A stretch of 64,000 bases of DNA from Antedon mediterranea (taxonomy: Eukaryota; Animalia; Echinodermata), in contig NC_092676.1 of the NCBI RefSeq assembly GCF_964355755.1, forward strand, positions 26,492,871 to 26,556,870, in the 5' to 3' direction. Below, in pieces: positions 37,314 to 50,154 of the stretch. Below the pieces are notes generated by a model. The model saw nothing but the letters and a program-made list of their open reading frames with translations. It had not been told where the DNA came from and did no database searches. Numbering within the stretch: position 1 is the stretch's first letter; every line of letters begins with the position of its first letter. The position numbers and the translations under genes are program-made.

Positions 37314-39087
37314 TAAGACTATATATTTTATTGAATGATCTGTTTAAACTTGTTAGCTGTGTAATTGTTTATCAGAGTCCGATAGTATATATTATATACC
37401 GCACCTTTCAATTCACGTCATTTGATTGGATAATCGCCAGTCTATAATTAATGCAAAATCTGTATCGTTTTCTCATCTCATATAAAAAACACAGAAATGA
37501 TCTTCACAGAAATGTTGTTAACCGCTTCGAAATAAAGCTAAATATAAAGCACAATAAGTATCAAAATTGCATTTTTGTTGTCAAAAGTCAGTAAAAATTG
37601 TTCAGGGTGGCCGCTTACGGGAGGTAATTTACCATAAAAAGAATTGAGTAAATAAAGTGGCCACGGCCGCTTACGAGAGGTGGCCGATTACGGGAGGTGG
37701 CCGCTTATGGGAGGTACCAAATTCACTTATTAGATAGGAAGAACAAACAGGCTTTTGAAAGTGCTCACAGGAGGTGAAAAAAGAATTGCACTTACTGTTA
37801 CTGAACAAAATGGCAGAGCCTGTTTTATACAGTGACTGGGTTAACTTATCAACACAATCTGGATCAGATGGCTAAAAACAGAACATTAAGTTTATTATAA
37901 TTTATAAATAAATAGTTAACCTATATGAACATTTATTTTACACATTATTATATATATATATATATTGAAATATAATTGAACAGTTAAGAACAATTGTTTT
38001 TGTTGAGATCTATTAAAAATCATCCAGCTGGCAATAATAAGAACTTTATACGCAGCAGGATGGTAGACAAATGATGGTAGATGAAAGGCTACGGTAATTT
38101 ATACAAATTAATATTTAAAAAGTGTTGGTCAACTTTATATATATATATACTAAAACATCATATTTTATGTACATGTATATTGATTCTTCTAGATTCATTA
38201 AAAAAATAAACATCCTCGTACGCTTTTATGGTTTTAATTAGGTGTTTTTAGTTCGTCCTTTGAACTCCGCTAACCCAAGACTTAGCCTAGGCTAACACAG
38301 AATCAGAATCTTTTCAAACACGCCTACCAAGTGTCTAACAAGGTCTGTTGACTATGTCTCGAAACAATTGTCACGCTCTGTTAATTACCATCCCCTTTGT
38401 CTACCGTTCTGTTGCGCAAAGTTGGATGCAATAAAACAACTTGTAAATCACCTTGTAATAAAAATGTAATATATTTTATAAAGCTAATATTTGTTTACAT
38501 ACATTGTTGTTACAAAAATAAAATAGTGTCTAAACACCAGTTTCAGTAATAATTACCAAGGATAGGTACTGTATTGCCTATCTGGGTAGAAGGAACTTAA
38601 AATAAACTTCACAGACTATGTAGAAGCAACTAATCCCTTCATAGTAGAAGAAATGGAGGCTTGGAACTCTATTTCTACAGGTAAAAAATAAAATCGTTTA
38701 CCACAAAATCAGCTTTAAGATCTGCTTGTTCAATGTTCACAAGCTTTTGACGACCAAGGAGAGTCTGCATCATTGATAAACTTGATAACAGCTTCATAAA
38801 GGCTACAAACTCATCACCAGTAACATCATGTAAAATCTATAAAAAAAAAAACCAATTAGTAAAGACCGAAACATTAACATTTGACAAAACTACATTGCAC
38901 CCCTAGGAGTTAAAACAGGAACTTACTTCTTTTGATTTTTCAATGATCTGTTCTTCAGCATCTTTTTTTATTATATCTGGTCCCAAAGATTTGACCTTTG
39001 AACTCAAGAATTTGATGGCACAGTCACGAACAAGATCTTCTCCCGATTGAATTTGTGCAAATAGTCCTTCTGAAGCACCTGCTCAAA

Positions 39088-42000
39088 AATAATTAAGAAA
39101 AATTACTACATTATCGAGCATTACTTTAAATTTTATTCATTGCAAAAAACATGAAAACCAAAAAAAAACTATGTTGCTTGCGTGTACAGTACTTACGATT
39201 ATCATACAGACTTGAATATAATCCCACCTCCTGAATAAGGTTTCGCATGGGCTTATAGGGGCATCACTTCTGTAGAAGCTACCTCAAAACTTACCTTTCA
39301 ACAAAATAGAATTCCATCACCTCTTAAAGCTAAAATGGCAAATAAAAAAAGTTAAGTCTAAACAAAACCAAATTCTGAATAAAATAATATGTTTCTCACT
39401 CTAAAGTAGTTCCTTAAAAAACTAAATTCTTAAAAAAGGGTTAGGCAATTTACAATACTTTCAAGCTCTTTGAAAAGAACCCTCGAACCCCCTCTGGCTA
39501 AGGGCTTGGCGACTCAATAAACCACATAGACAAAACTTTTGGGAGAGCAATAATTCAACAACAGCCCAACAATTATGCCCAACTCGCTGGTTCATTTCTG
39601 GAAGTAAACATAATCACAAGAATTTACAATACAATAACTTATAACTAAATTTAGTAAAGCATTGGTATCTGGGGTATTAAATGAAGATGATGTAGCACAA
39701 GTACATGTTTAGTTCAATCCTGGTTTTCTTGTTTTTCCTCAACCACACATGTTCGTCTCTCTCCTCCACCTGTAGGTAGCACTACTGCTTAATCTCATAT
39801 CGCACACCACACCTATTGAACAAGACATTCCACCATTTTTGTGAAATAGAATCTTTTGCCATAGAATAGTTCATTAGTGGATTGTTCAGCAGAGTGGAAA
39901 TATGCATTCTGTCTATTTTTGGCATTACCCTTATTTTACAAGATATAAGATACAAGATAACTTTATTGTCAAAATTGTTAACAATTTCGAGATATGTTTT
40001 GTACCTGAGTAGAATAAATAATACGATGTGATAACTATATAAATAAATACAAATGATACAAGTGACTATCTTTAAAGTGTTAAACTGTTTTAAATGTCCA
40101 GATAATTTCTTTCAGTTTTAAAGATGACCATTTTTCTTTTTTACCAGCAATGCATTGTGAACCTTCTCTAAGCACCCTCTGTCTTCGTAATCTCCACAGT
40201 GTGTAGACATCTCAGCTAATAACTTTAATACTTCCAACTTTACATTTGTACCTTCTGGTCCCGCCAGCTCACTGAGGAATGGGACGACATGGTTGGAAAT
40301 GTGTTCTATAAACTTTGTTGAATGCACATTTTTCTAGAAAAAAAGAAGAAAACTGTAGTCTTTAGAAAAGAATTCTTTAGAATAAATCTATAATCGTAAT
40401 GGAATTAAGATATGCAGCAAAAGATAAAATTCTATGGAAAAGTTTAAGATAGTGAAAACATATGTAAGGTGACTGAATTGGACCCTTCATCATTATTTTG
40501 ATTTGTGGAAATGAATTTTTATTGCTTTTTTTTTTATTGTGATTTTTGAAAGAAAATCTTATTTTGTTATTGAGTACAAACTTAGTAATAAATAAAAATA
40601 TATAATCTATGACTGTACATTTACTGCATAAAAAATAAACAATTTTACAGTAGACCTAACCCTTGTTTGCTAGAATTAAAGAAATACCTGTCCATGTTGT
40701 ACATTGTGCGATTGGTTAGCTAAAGAACATAGCGAAGAGCTTATTTAAACAAGACAGTGAACTTTAGTTGCAATAGTGCATTATAATATGACTTACTTTT
40801 AGCTATTGCAGTCCAATAAATTATTATATACCACATTTTAAAGTTAACAATTTTAAGACATCAATTTAATAATGTTAACATTTTACCTTGTTCTACAGTT
40901 TTCTATTTATTAATATTTTTTTATACTTTAAGGGTGAGCACCTACGGTTAGTGTCTATTTACACAAATAATTAGTATGATACATATATACTGTAGGAATT
41001 TAAATTATGCTTCTGTTTTTTAAATTCCTCTGTTCTCTACAGTATATGTAGTTAAGTTTAGTTAAAAACTTTAAATTGTGTTCAATATTATACATACAAA
41101 AATAATAAACAAAATCACGTATCCTGCTTTGTAAGAAAAATACAACGCTGTACAAATGATATAACAATTATAATAAATCAGAGTATAGGAATTGCAAGAT
41201 ATTATTTATCATAATAATATTTGTTTAGAGCAGGCATTGATCATTGCTTTACATGGTAAAGTGAACAATTATAATCACATTCAAGTTTGAAAATCCGTAA
41301 CAACAAACTATGGTGTGCTTCTATTGCGATAGATTAGTTTGGTTGAGTGTTTTGCATCCCCTGATTTTGAAATAATCACACCTACAGTAGTTTAAGAAGA
41401 CTGCTCTGGTCATATTTGATATTTCAACGCAGAATTTTTTTTTATTCTCCAGTTTTGTTTCTGAAATCTAATCTAAAATATTGTGTGGATGGATTATATT
41501 CAGTTAGTAAGTAATTGTTATTTAAAATTCTAAAGTAATACATTTTATTGTGCCAATTGGAAACTGAGTGTCGGACTAACATTTCAGTTCATTTCATTAT
41601 TTATTTGGTCTATTTGAGTATTATACATAAAAAAAATGAAATTGGGAGAGACCAGGGTCAACATAAGTGAACGTAATCACTGTGCTGAGCTGGTGAGAAC
41701 CTGCATGGTGAGAACAGGAATACTGTATAGAGTTCGAATTATTATTTTTATTAAATAAAATAATTACAAATTATTATTGCAGAATGGCTAGCAAGGAATT
41801 AAGTTTACTTGGAGATATAAATGTTAAACTAGAATGTTCTATCTGTAATGGAAGGCTAGAAGACCCAAAATCACTTAGCTGTCATCACAGTTTCTGTCTG
41901 AAGTGTTTGGAGAAATGGGTTCAAACCAATCATGGCAAGCTAACATGCCCTATTTGTCGCAAAGAGTATCCCATTCCAGTAGGAGGGCTTGAAAAGCTTG

Positions 42001-42459
42001 CCCCAAATACAATTCTAAACAACCTCTTGGAAACCATAAAACAACATGAAAAGAAAGATGAGGCTAAAGGCACTACCTTGCTGTGTGCCTCTCATGATCA
42101 ACCATTGAAAATGTATTGCACAAAATGTAAAGTACCAATATGCGTAGAATGCACTGCAATGGAACATACTGCAGGCGATGGAAAACATGAACTGATTAAC
42201 ATTGTAACAGCATTTAATACGTTTAAGGAAACCTCAGAAGACATGAAGAAAGCTGCCAATGAATCCATAAGAAAAACAGAAAATGTACTTAAAGTAGTCA
42301 CAAAGAATGCTAAAGAACTAGAAGAAAGTAAAGAGGCAAGTCTCACAGATATTGATAACCAAGTTCAAGAAATGGTACAAGTAATCCAGAAAAAAGGAGA
42401 TGAAATGAGAAAAAAAGTTGAAGCAAATTATATGGAGGAAAAGGAAGGTAATGACATAC
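39088..42459. repeat. Segmental duplication, copy B (paralogous to ~32260-35490)
   Basis: Direct sequence identity with copy A up to the LINE junction at ~42459. Confidence 0.92.
40145..40333 (-). pseudogene. API5: Isolated duplicated API5 exon (copy B)
   Basis: AG/GT-bounded exon KNVHSTKFIEHISNHVVPFL...KLEVLKLLAEMSTHCGD, out of order relative to the neighbouring API5 exons. Confidence 0.85.
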
Positions 42460-42479
42460 TGTTACTGTTATATATATAA
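41784..42479 (+). pseudogene. Truncated TRIM paralog (RING - B-box - partial coiled coil, 231 aa); NHL region lost
   Basis: Matches the TRIM at 34812 up to ...MEEKEGND, then runs into antisense LINE sequence and stops. Confidence 0.85.
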
Positions 42480-44326
42480 TTGCATACATCTATCAGTGTA
42501 GTAGAAGTTGAATGTAACGACCTAAAACCAGATTGATTTTTACATAATAAATTAAACTCATTTATATGATTCATAACTTGATTATGGATGCATCTTTCAA
42601 AAACTTTCATAACAATAGGTATAACAGATATTGGACGGTAGTTGTTAAGTTCATGTTTACATCCTCCTTTATAAAGCGGAGTAACCTTAGCACATTTCCA
42701 TTCACTTGGAATAACACCAGATCTTAATGACCAGTTAAACAAAAAGGCAAGACTTTGAGAAATTTGTGAAGATGCAATTTTAAGTAACCTAGCGGAAATC
42801 CCATCAATTCCAGTAGCTTTTCCAATTTCTAACTTTTCCAACAAAGCTTCAATTTCATTTCCATTAATATCTTTAAAGTTGAAACGTTGTTGAAATTGTG
42901 ATAACGATTCAACGGTAATATCGTTTTGGTTGTCATTAAAATGGGATGCAAATTCATTAGAAATTGAACAAAAATATTTATTAAAATGATTAGCAATATC
43001 AGTTGGATTGTTTATTTCATTACCGTCTACATTGAGAGTTGTTTTAGTTTGTTTCTTTTTATTGGGTAAAAAGTCTTTCATGGTTTTCCATAATGTTTTA
43101 GTGTCATTAACATTATCCTTTAATTTATTATTTATATAGTCGCGTTTTAGTGATTTAGACAAATTATTTAATTTATTTCTTGCCTTTTTGTAAGAATTCC
43201 AATCATCTATGTTCTTAGTTTTTTCGGCTTTTTGTTTTAAATAATCACGATCACGAGAAAGGGAAACAAATTCGTCTGTAAGCCATGGAATATCAGTTCC
43301 CTTCCTCCTGACCGTCACCATAGGAGCATGAATATCACAAATATCAGTAAAAATGTGTTTCCAAATGTCCCAAGCCTCGTCAGCATCCTCGGACGCCTCA
43401 CAAATACTCCACGGAGCAGATGCAAGATCAGAAATAAACAAATCTTCGTTAAATTTCCGGAAGGTTCTCGTATGTAAAATACGCAGGGGCAATTTTATTT
43501 TAATTTTTTTACGTATTGCATATATCAATGAGTGATCGCTAATTCCAATTGGTACAACTCCAGTTTTGCTTATAAAGTCATCCCTATTTGAAAAAATTAA
43601 ATCAATACAACTACTACTGTTTTCCGTTACGCGCGTTGGAGTTTTAATATACTGGTTTAATTGGAAAATTTGGTGGAGGGTTTTAATGTTCCGAGAATGC
43701 TGTTTATCAAATATATTCCAATTTAAGTCACCAACAACAATAATCTCTCTTATACTATCTAGTATAAAAGATATTTGATCATGCATTATATTAACAAATC
43801 CAGTACACGAATTTGGTGGTCTATAAACATTACCTATAACGAACGGTTTAGTGTTAACCGGCTTAATTTTTATCCATACCGATTCAATTGTATTTTCACC
43901 AAAGTCAATGACATCAAAATCAACATTTTCGTTTACATAGATAGCCACCCCACCTCCGTGTCTATTTCTGTCTGTTCTAACTAATAGGTATCCTGGGATT
44001 GCAAGTTCACTATTATGTATATTTTGATCTAGCCAGGTTTCACTAATTCCTAAAACATGGAAACGGCATTCCGAAAGTAAACTCCGAACATGGTCCACCT
44101 TATTATAGAGACTTCTGACATTTAAATGACCAATTTTAAAACCCTTTGTACAATCAATCTCGCATAATTTGCATAGTATGCCAAAAGCAGGATAAACAAT
44201 AGAGTCGTTACGTAATTCAGCGTCGTCTACGTCGTTGTCTAAAAGGCTTCCCGTACGATGTTCGTTTAACAATTGAATTGGTTTAAATGGTTTATTACAT
44301 GCGTTACAAATAAAATCTAAAATCAT
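42428..44326 (-). CDS. LINE ORF2 (APE endonuclease + start of reverse transcriptase), 3'-truncated
   Basis: HLNVRSL, GISETWL, VYRPP, GDLN, PTRVT..SSCIDLI, SDH, ATGIDGI, WKCAKVTPLYKGG, NYRPIS, QSGFR..HST. Ends before the YADD region. Confidence 0.88.
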   Translation of the reverse strand: MILDFICNACNKPFKPIQLLNEHRTGSLLDNDVDDAELRNDSIVYPAFGILCKLCEIDCTKGFKIGHLNVRSLYNKVDHVRSLLSECRFHVLGISETWLDQNIHNSELAIPGYLLVRTDRNRHGGGVAIYVNENVDFDVIDFGENTIESVWIKIKPVNTKPFVIGNVYRPPNSCTGFVNIMHDQISFILDSIREIIVVGDLNWNIFDKQHSRNIKTLHQIFQLNQYIKTPTRVTENSSSCIDLIFSNRDDFISKTGVVPIGISDHSLIYAIRKKIKIKLPLRILHTRTFRKFNEDLFISDLASAPWSICEASEDADEAWDIWKHIFTDICDIHAPMVTVRRKGTDIPWLTDEFVSLSRDRDYLKQKAEKTKNIDDWNSYKKARNKLNNLSKSLKRDYINNKLKDNVNDTKTLWKTMKDFLPNKKKQTKTTLNVDGNEINNPTDIANHFNKYFCSISNEFASHFNDNQNDITVESLSQFQQRFNFKDINGNEIEALLEKLEIGKATGIDGISARLLKIASSQISQSLAFLFNWSLRSGVIPSEWKCAKVTPLYKGGCKHELNNYRPISVIPIVMKVFERCIHNQVMNHINEFNLLCKNQSGFRSLHSTSTTLIDVCNYIYNSNSMSLPSFSSI

Positions 44327-45355
44327 CTTATCTACATAAAATACAATACAGATTTAGGACATTTAAAATTCTTACACATTACCTTTTACATTTAGGTAAT
44401 TGTTTAAGATCGGAAGTTCTGGATAAAACAACTTTCTCGTTACTGCCAGTGATTATGGTATGTATGCGACCATCTTGTGTCCAAACTGCAGATACCACTG
44501 ATGCATAGTTTTGCTTTACAGTACGTAGTAAACTTGATCTTTTGCTCGTAAGGTTTTCATGAATGTAGATATGGCTCCCCTTTAATTTTTTCTTTGCTCT
44601 ATATACTTCATTTCTAACATTATACGAACTAAACTTTACTATTATTCCTCTTGCTCTTCCGTTTTTCTTAACTTTTGGCCCCAATCTATGACTCCTGTCT
44701 ATGCATGTTTTATCTACTTCTACGCTTAGCTTTTTCTTAAACAAATCCAAAACTATATTGTCTGTTATCTCACCTTGTTTCTCTTCTATTCCTTGAATAA
44801 TCAAACAGTTCCTTCTTGAATATTGTTCTGCTTCATCTAGCTCATATTGTAAGTTCTCTACCTGTTGTTCTACTTTGCTGAGACGATCTTTAGTATCGTC
44901 AAGTTCGAAACGTATTGCTTCAATTGCTGCATCCGTTACAATTTGTGTAATGCTTTCAATCAGCTGGTGTTTAACAATGCTCGCAATTTTCTCGGCTAGG
45001 TCATTGAAAATACTCGTATTTCCTTTAATTATATTGGAAATTTCATTTTGTACAGTAATAGTAAGCGGTTCCACATCAATGACAGGTGCTGTATCAGTGT
45101 TCAGTTCGCAACACTCCTTACCGCTGTCCTTTTTACCACCTTTCCTTGTATTCTTTCCGGCCATGATGGTGTATTAATACGTACATGTACAGCAGACAAA
45201 AACCGACAAGTAAATGCTAGGCTACAGGAGTGCCCTAACACAACAACTGTCCTGCGGGAAATTTGAACTGTCACCGCGTAGTGAGGCTGAATGTAGTGAG
45301 GCTAGAGAGAGCGATTTAGGACACGTCTGCTCTTAACGACGACTACACTACGACT
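42460..45355 (-). mobile_element. CR1-group (L2/Daphne-like) LINE; 5'UTR, ORF1 and ORF2 endonuclease intact, 3' part (most of RT) missing
   Basis: ORF1 45164-44379 and ORF2 from 44326. 5'UTR contains agagcagacgtgt. Confidence 0.88.
44379..45164 (-). CDS. LINE ORF1 protein (coiled coil + L1/Transposase_22-like RRM)
   Basis: LDEAEQYSRRNCLIIQGIEE, IDRSHRLG, IIVKF, IYIHENLT, VWTQDGRI. Confidence 0.88.
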   Translation of the reverse strand: MAGKNTRKGGKKDSGKECCELNTDTAPVIDVEPLTITVQNEISNIIKGNTSIFNDLAEKIASIVKHQLIESITQIVTDAAIEAIRFELDDTKDRLSKVEQQVENLQYELDEAEQYSRRNCLIIQGIEEKQGEITDNIVLDLFKKKLSVEVDKTCIDRSHRLGPKVKKNGRARGIIVKFSSYNVRNEVYRAKKKLKGSHIYIHENLTSKRSSLLRTVKQNYASVVSAVWTQDGRIHTIITGSNEKVVLSRTSDLKQLPKCKR

Positions 45356-47150
45356 TCAAACGCCCTGATACACCGTCCGGACCCTTTGCTTTACTAACAT
45401 TTACCCTTTCCATATATTTCTTAACATCATCTACATCAATTTTTATTGCACTTTTATCATTCATTTCATTTTTAAACCCTTCAGCAGATGCAGTCATTTC
45501 ACATTTAAAATTTATTTCATCAAATCTAGAATAAAAAATAATAAAATCATTTGGTTTAAAACTGTGTTCCATTTCATTATTTTTCTTCCCCATACCTGTA
45601 ATTTTCCTAACTCCATTCCAGGCCTGACGGGTGTCCCGGCACTTGAATTTGTTCTCAATTTTGTCTCCATATTCTTTTTTACATGCTTTGATTTTCTTAT
45701 TTACAGATTTTTTAATCTTTTTCTTTTCCATCTCGTTGCATTTGTTTTTGGATGCAATATATTTCTTAAGTAATTCCTTTCTTACATCTTTTGTGAGCCA
45801 AGGCTTATTATTATTAAATATTCTAATTTTCTTTTTGGGTAAGATCAGATTTTGACAGAATTTTATGTATTCAACAATTGCTACTGTAGCCTCATTTAAA
45901 GTTTCCTAAGAGTCCATAAACATATTCCAATCAGTGGCTTCATAACACCCTTTTAACTCATTAACCTTATCCTCAGACCACACTAATCTTTCTATAACAA
46001 TAGGTTTCTGCTGTTTAAGTTTCTGTTTATATTTCGGAATAAGATTAATACAATTATGATCAGAATTTCCTATACCTGGTAATTTATAAGCCTTATAGGC
46101 TTCACTAATATTCCCAAAACACTTATCTAATACATTTTCTTTTCTAGTAGCACATTTAACATACTGTCTATACTCGGGTAGGAACTTCTTGATCTTGCAG
46201 CCCTTGTTAAAATCGCCCATCACAAAGTTTGGTGCATCTGGTGCAATCTTCTCCATCCTGCGAATAACCTCAGAGACTTTCTGTGCCGCGATCATGTCGT
46301 TAGCATTTGGGTGGATATACGCACAAGTAATATATATTCTGTTAAATTCTCTCGGAAGATAATACGGTCTCAACGAAAGTGTCAACAATTCAATGTCAAC
46401 AGAACAATATTGTTCCTTTACCGAAACATTTCTGCACCATTTATTATTCACGTAGATACATACACCCCCGCCTTTAGCTTTACCGGTGACATCCCTGCTC
46501 CTATCCATACGAAATAAGGAAAACCTATCAATACTTAACCATTCATCCGGATCAGTATTGCAAAACCATGTTTCTGATATGCATATCACACACAAATTTC
46601 GGTATTCATTTCGATATTTACAACACGCTTGTAATTCATCCATTTTGTTTCTTAACGATCTAGCATTACCAAAAATTATTGTGGGCAATGCCGGTTTAAA
46701 TCTACTACAGTTTTTGTAATTCCTTCTTCTTACCCGTGCCTTAATACCTCCTCTGCATCCTCTCTTCCTTTTGCGTATATAGTGAATAGGAATCGCTTTT
46801 AGATCAATTGGCTTTAGAGTTACATCTGGTTGTAGGCGAATTAATTCCTCTCAAGTGAAAGTCCTACGAGGGCCTGGCCCGCCTAGGCCTGACATTCCAT
46901 CTTGATCGTTGATTGTTGTGTTAACATTCCACACATCGCCTGCACGGCATGCAGGTTGTTGCGATATGGCGTCACGGTTCATGTTTGGGGCCTGAGATTG
47001 TATGTCCAGTATAACAGTTAAAAATATAACAAAACACGACAAAAACACAACACCCTTCACACAATAAACTCCACGGATACCACAAAAACCACAAGGCATA
47101 GATAAAAATCCCAAATCCTGAACATTCTTCAAGAATTCAGAATGAATTTC
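45356..47150 (-). mobile_element. Rex1/Babar-like LINE 5' portion (endonuclease; in-frame TAG at 45906; interrupted at GPDGVSGRL by the CR1-group element)
   Basis: RKRRGCRGG, PTIIFGNARSLRNKMDEL, CISETW, GGGVCIYVN, RPYYLPREF, GDFN, SDH, KPWLTK, KAKGPDG. The 5' boundary is approximate. Confidence 0.82.
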
Positions 47151-50100
47151 TTACTGTTTGAATTGTTTATGTGCGTCATGAGAAGGTACGAAAGGCCACC
47201 ACACACTGTGTTCATGGAAAACCCTGTCATATGGGTCGTTGATTTGTCCATAATTTAAGTATTTCCGTATGTCTGTAATATTGGGCTGAATTTTCAAAGT
47301 AATTACGGACGTTCCGAACTTTGAACTAACAGTGTTATTAGTGTGGTAATAATTGCTTCTTTCTGCAAATTTCGATTATATTTTCTTTTCTGGAGAGTGG
47401 TTTAAGCAACACTGTTGTACAGTTAATAGTGGATAAATGAAAAGGAAATTATGGTTTTACTAACTTATTTAGCATTTATTTCAAAATAATACAATTTAAC
47501 GTTTTACTCAATATATTTATAGCAGCAGCGTCATATTTTGTGTCTAACTTATTTTTAATAATAATAATTAATTTTTATTAAATGATTATAATTGCAAGAT
47601 AGTTCATCCGTTTTTCTTTTTCCGTATGTTTTTTTAAAATAATGTTTATATAAGGGCCCCTGATTGTCAGCATATGCTGTTTAGGGTCACCCTCACTAAA
47701 TAAGGTTTAATGAAATAAATTAAAAAGTACCTTCGTCGGGCAAAAAATGTTATCCTATTGTTAGTCGCGTGTGTTTTACCGGCGAAAAAAATAGGCGGGA
47801 TGATGGTATTGCTGTTTGCTACTGTAGCCCAAATAGAGTGTCATTTCCGGCGAACTAGAGGTGCCATTTATCATGAATTTTACGTGCAAGAGTACGATTT
47901 CCGGCTATCTAGGGGTGTAATTTAACAAAATTCGCTTTGTCGCGTAAAAACTCGGCGTCTATGGCCCGGACACTTGGGCAACCCCAAAAATTAGTCCTGC
48001 GACCGCCCCTGAGCTATATAATACATGGTGCGTTTATTTGTACTCATTTGCACCATTATTTAAATAGTATTTTTAGAATAAGCCTAATTTGAATTATTAT
48101 GTTACACTTACAGGCAAAGGCAGTTTTGTTTTTCTAGTTTTAAATCATTAATTACAACATTATTCTTATTTTAACAAGTAATCATAGATGTCTATGGTAA
48201 TGGAAGTAGATTGTACCTTAATAAAGTGATCACATACTGTATATAGTAATACTGTCTACCTACAGTACGATTATTAATTCCAAATTCCAGACTTTTTCTC
48301 CTTGAAATCAAATGTATACTGTAATTAATTTGAGTATTTTTAGTTTATGTTATACTATAATTTGTAGTCAAATATGGTTTTCCTAGCTTTATATCATAAT
48401 ATATTATATTCATTATACATGTTATGCAATTTCATATTTCATTCTATCAAGTAAGCATTAATATGGTAGTGGTGTTTATACAAAAGTAGGCTGTACCTTA
48501 ATTAGGTGACCATAAATGGATACTAAATAATATTAATAAAAATCTTGGCAATTTCAGTCTAGTTTTCTCCTTGAATTCAAATATATAATTGTTTGAAGGA
48601 TTGTTTATTTAAATGTTTGATTGCATTTAGTCTAGTCATGGTATGGCAGTATAAAACATGAACGTCCTTAACGCTATACTTTCTATACTTACTCTCGGCT
48701 AGATCAACTTTCGTATGCACTTTGAGGTTCAGAGAATTTGACTTCAGAAAATGGTTTAGGGGTGGTCAAACAATCAATTTTGGCTTGGTTACACATTTTT
48801 AAAATGTGGCAAAAGGTCGAAAGGTCAAGGTGAAAGGTTATAAGACCAACCACCAATAGGTCCTTAAATCTCTACAAAAACTGGTCACAGCAAGGTAATT
48901 TTGGTCTCCAATTCATCAGAAGGTATACATTTATATTCAGTCTGTTAGTTAGTTAAAAATGACCGGAAATGCCATTTCTGACCTTTGACACACAACCCAG
49001 GGCATATATGTATCTCCGTAACTACTAACCATTAGATTCACTATAAATGTACAGAAAATATTTTTGCTTAGATATATTAATAAATCTGACTTAGGCAAAA
49101 TCAAGGATTTAAGGCAAAGTTAAGACGATTTTTTTGCTAAGCAAGTTTGATAAATCCGGCCTTAAAGTAATTTTTAAAAAGGGCTGAACTTAATTTGATG
49201 TCCTATCCTTTGCATTACAATTTTTTTAATTTAGGGGGCTGAATCCTTGAATCTGCCACTGGCTGTTTCTATCTTGTTTAAATTGTATTGATTATGAGCG
49301 ACAATAATGTGCTTATATATATAAATGCTTCAGTTGTGTTTGCAATATTGATTTCGAAGGCGCAACACCTTGTTCAAATAGATGAATGCTTTGATAACAT
49401 GATTACAAGTTTCAAAGTGCACAAACCAACTTTATACAATTACTGTAGACAGCAGGCCATAGGCATTTTATATGCTTAGTTTTTCGATTTCGTGACCACC
49501 ACCTAGGGATTTCGTAATTTTTTGTATGATGGAGCAGTAGGATCATACGAACAACATATTATTTTTCACAAGCTCAAAACTTGTTCGTTAGCGAGAACGG
49601 CTAATTTTAAGGTCAATTAAGGTCAAATATGAAAAATAGTCCATTTATGGCAAATTATATATCAAAATACTCGGCTGGATGCAAAGAATCCAAAAATATA
49701 TAGTTTGGTATGCATCAAATCGTACATGAGGGTGTTATCACCAAAAATGTTCAAAGGTCAACAAACTTTTATCTTTATCATATGCAAAATATACAGAAAA
49801 CATTATTAGATTTCTGTGATTTTGATGTCTAATTATATGTTTTCTTGCATCAGAAATACAATTAATGAACTTTAAAAGCTATAAAATAAACCAATTACCC
49901 TATAATTACAGCATGAACCATCAAAAACACATATTATAATGAAGCTGTCTATGTAAGTATATCTATACATACATAGCAGACATGGGCCAGACATTTTTTC
50001 AGTATCAAATTGGTGGCAAATGCTATCATACATTTTTGGAAAGCTTAGCATGTCTACTTTTCAGAAATCATGATAGCAATGCCAATTGTACAGCTTAATA

Positions 50101-50154
50101 GTCATTTTTTAAGATTATATAACACCGCCTAAGGAAAATATGCAACACAAAATT

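Larger units (their letters stand above)
33231..39078 (-). pseudogene. API5: Partial API5 (apoptosis inhibitor 5) pseudogene, four internal exons
   Basis: Exon 39078-38927 (GLFAQIQSGEDLVRDCAIKFLSSKVK). Exon 38836-38702 (ILHDVTGDEFVAFMKLLS...GRQKLV..EQADL). Exon 37871-37802 (PSDPDCVDKL, apparent 4-nt insertion frameshift). Exon 33399-33231 (KLEVLKLLAEMS, 15-nt and 5-nt deletions relative to copy B). No first or last exons in the window. Confidence 0.85.

Noticed and set aside
33231-40333. Functional API5 gene
   Set aside because: Frameshifts in two exons, a duplicated out-of-order exon, and no terminal exons in the window.
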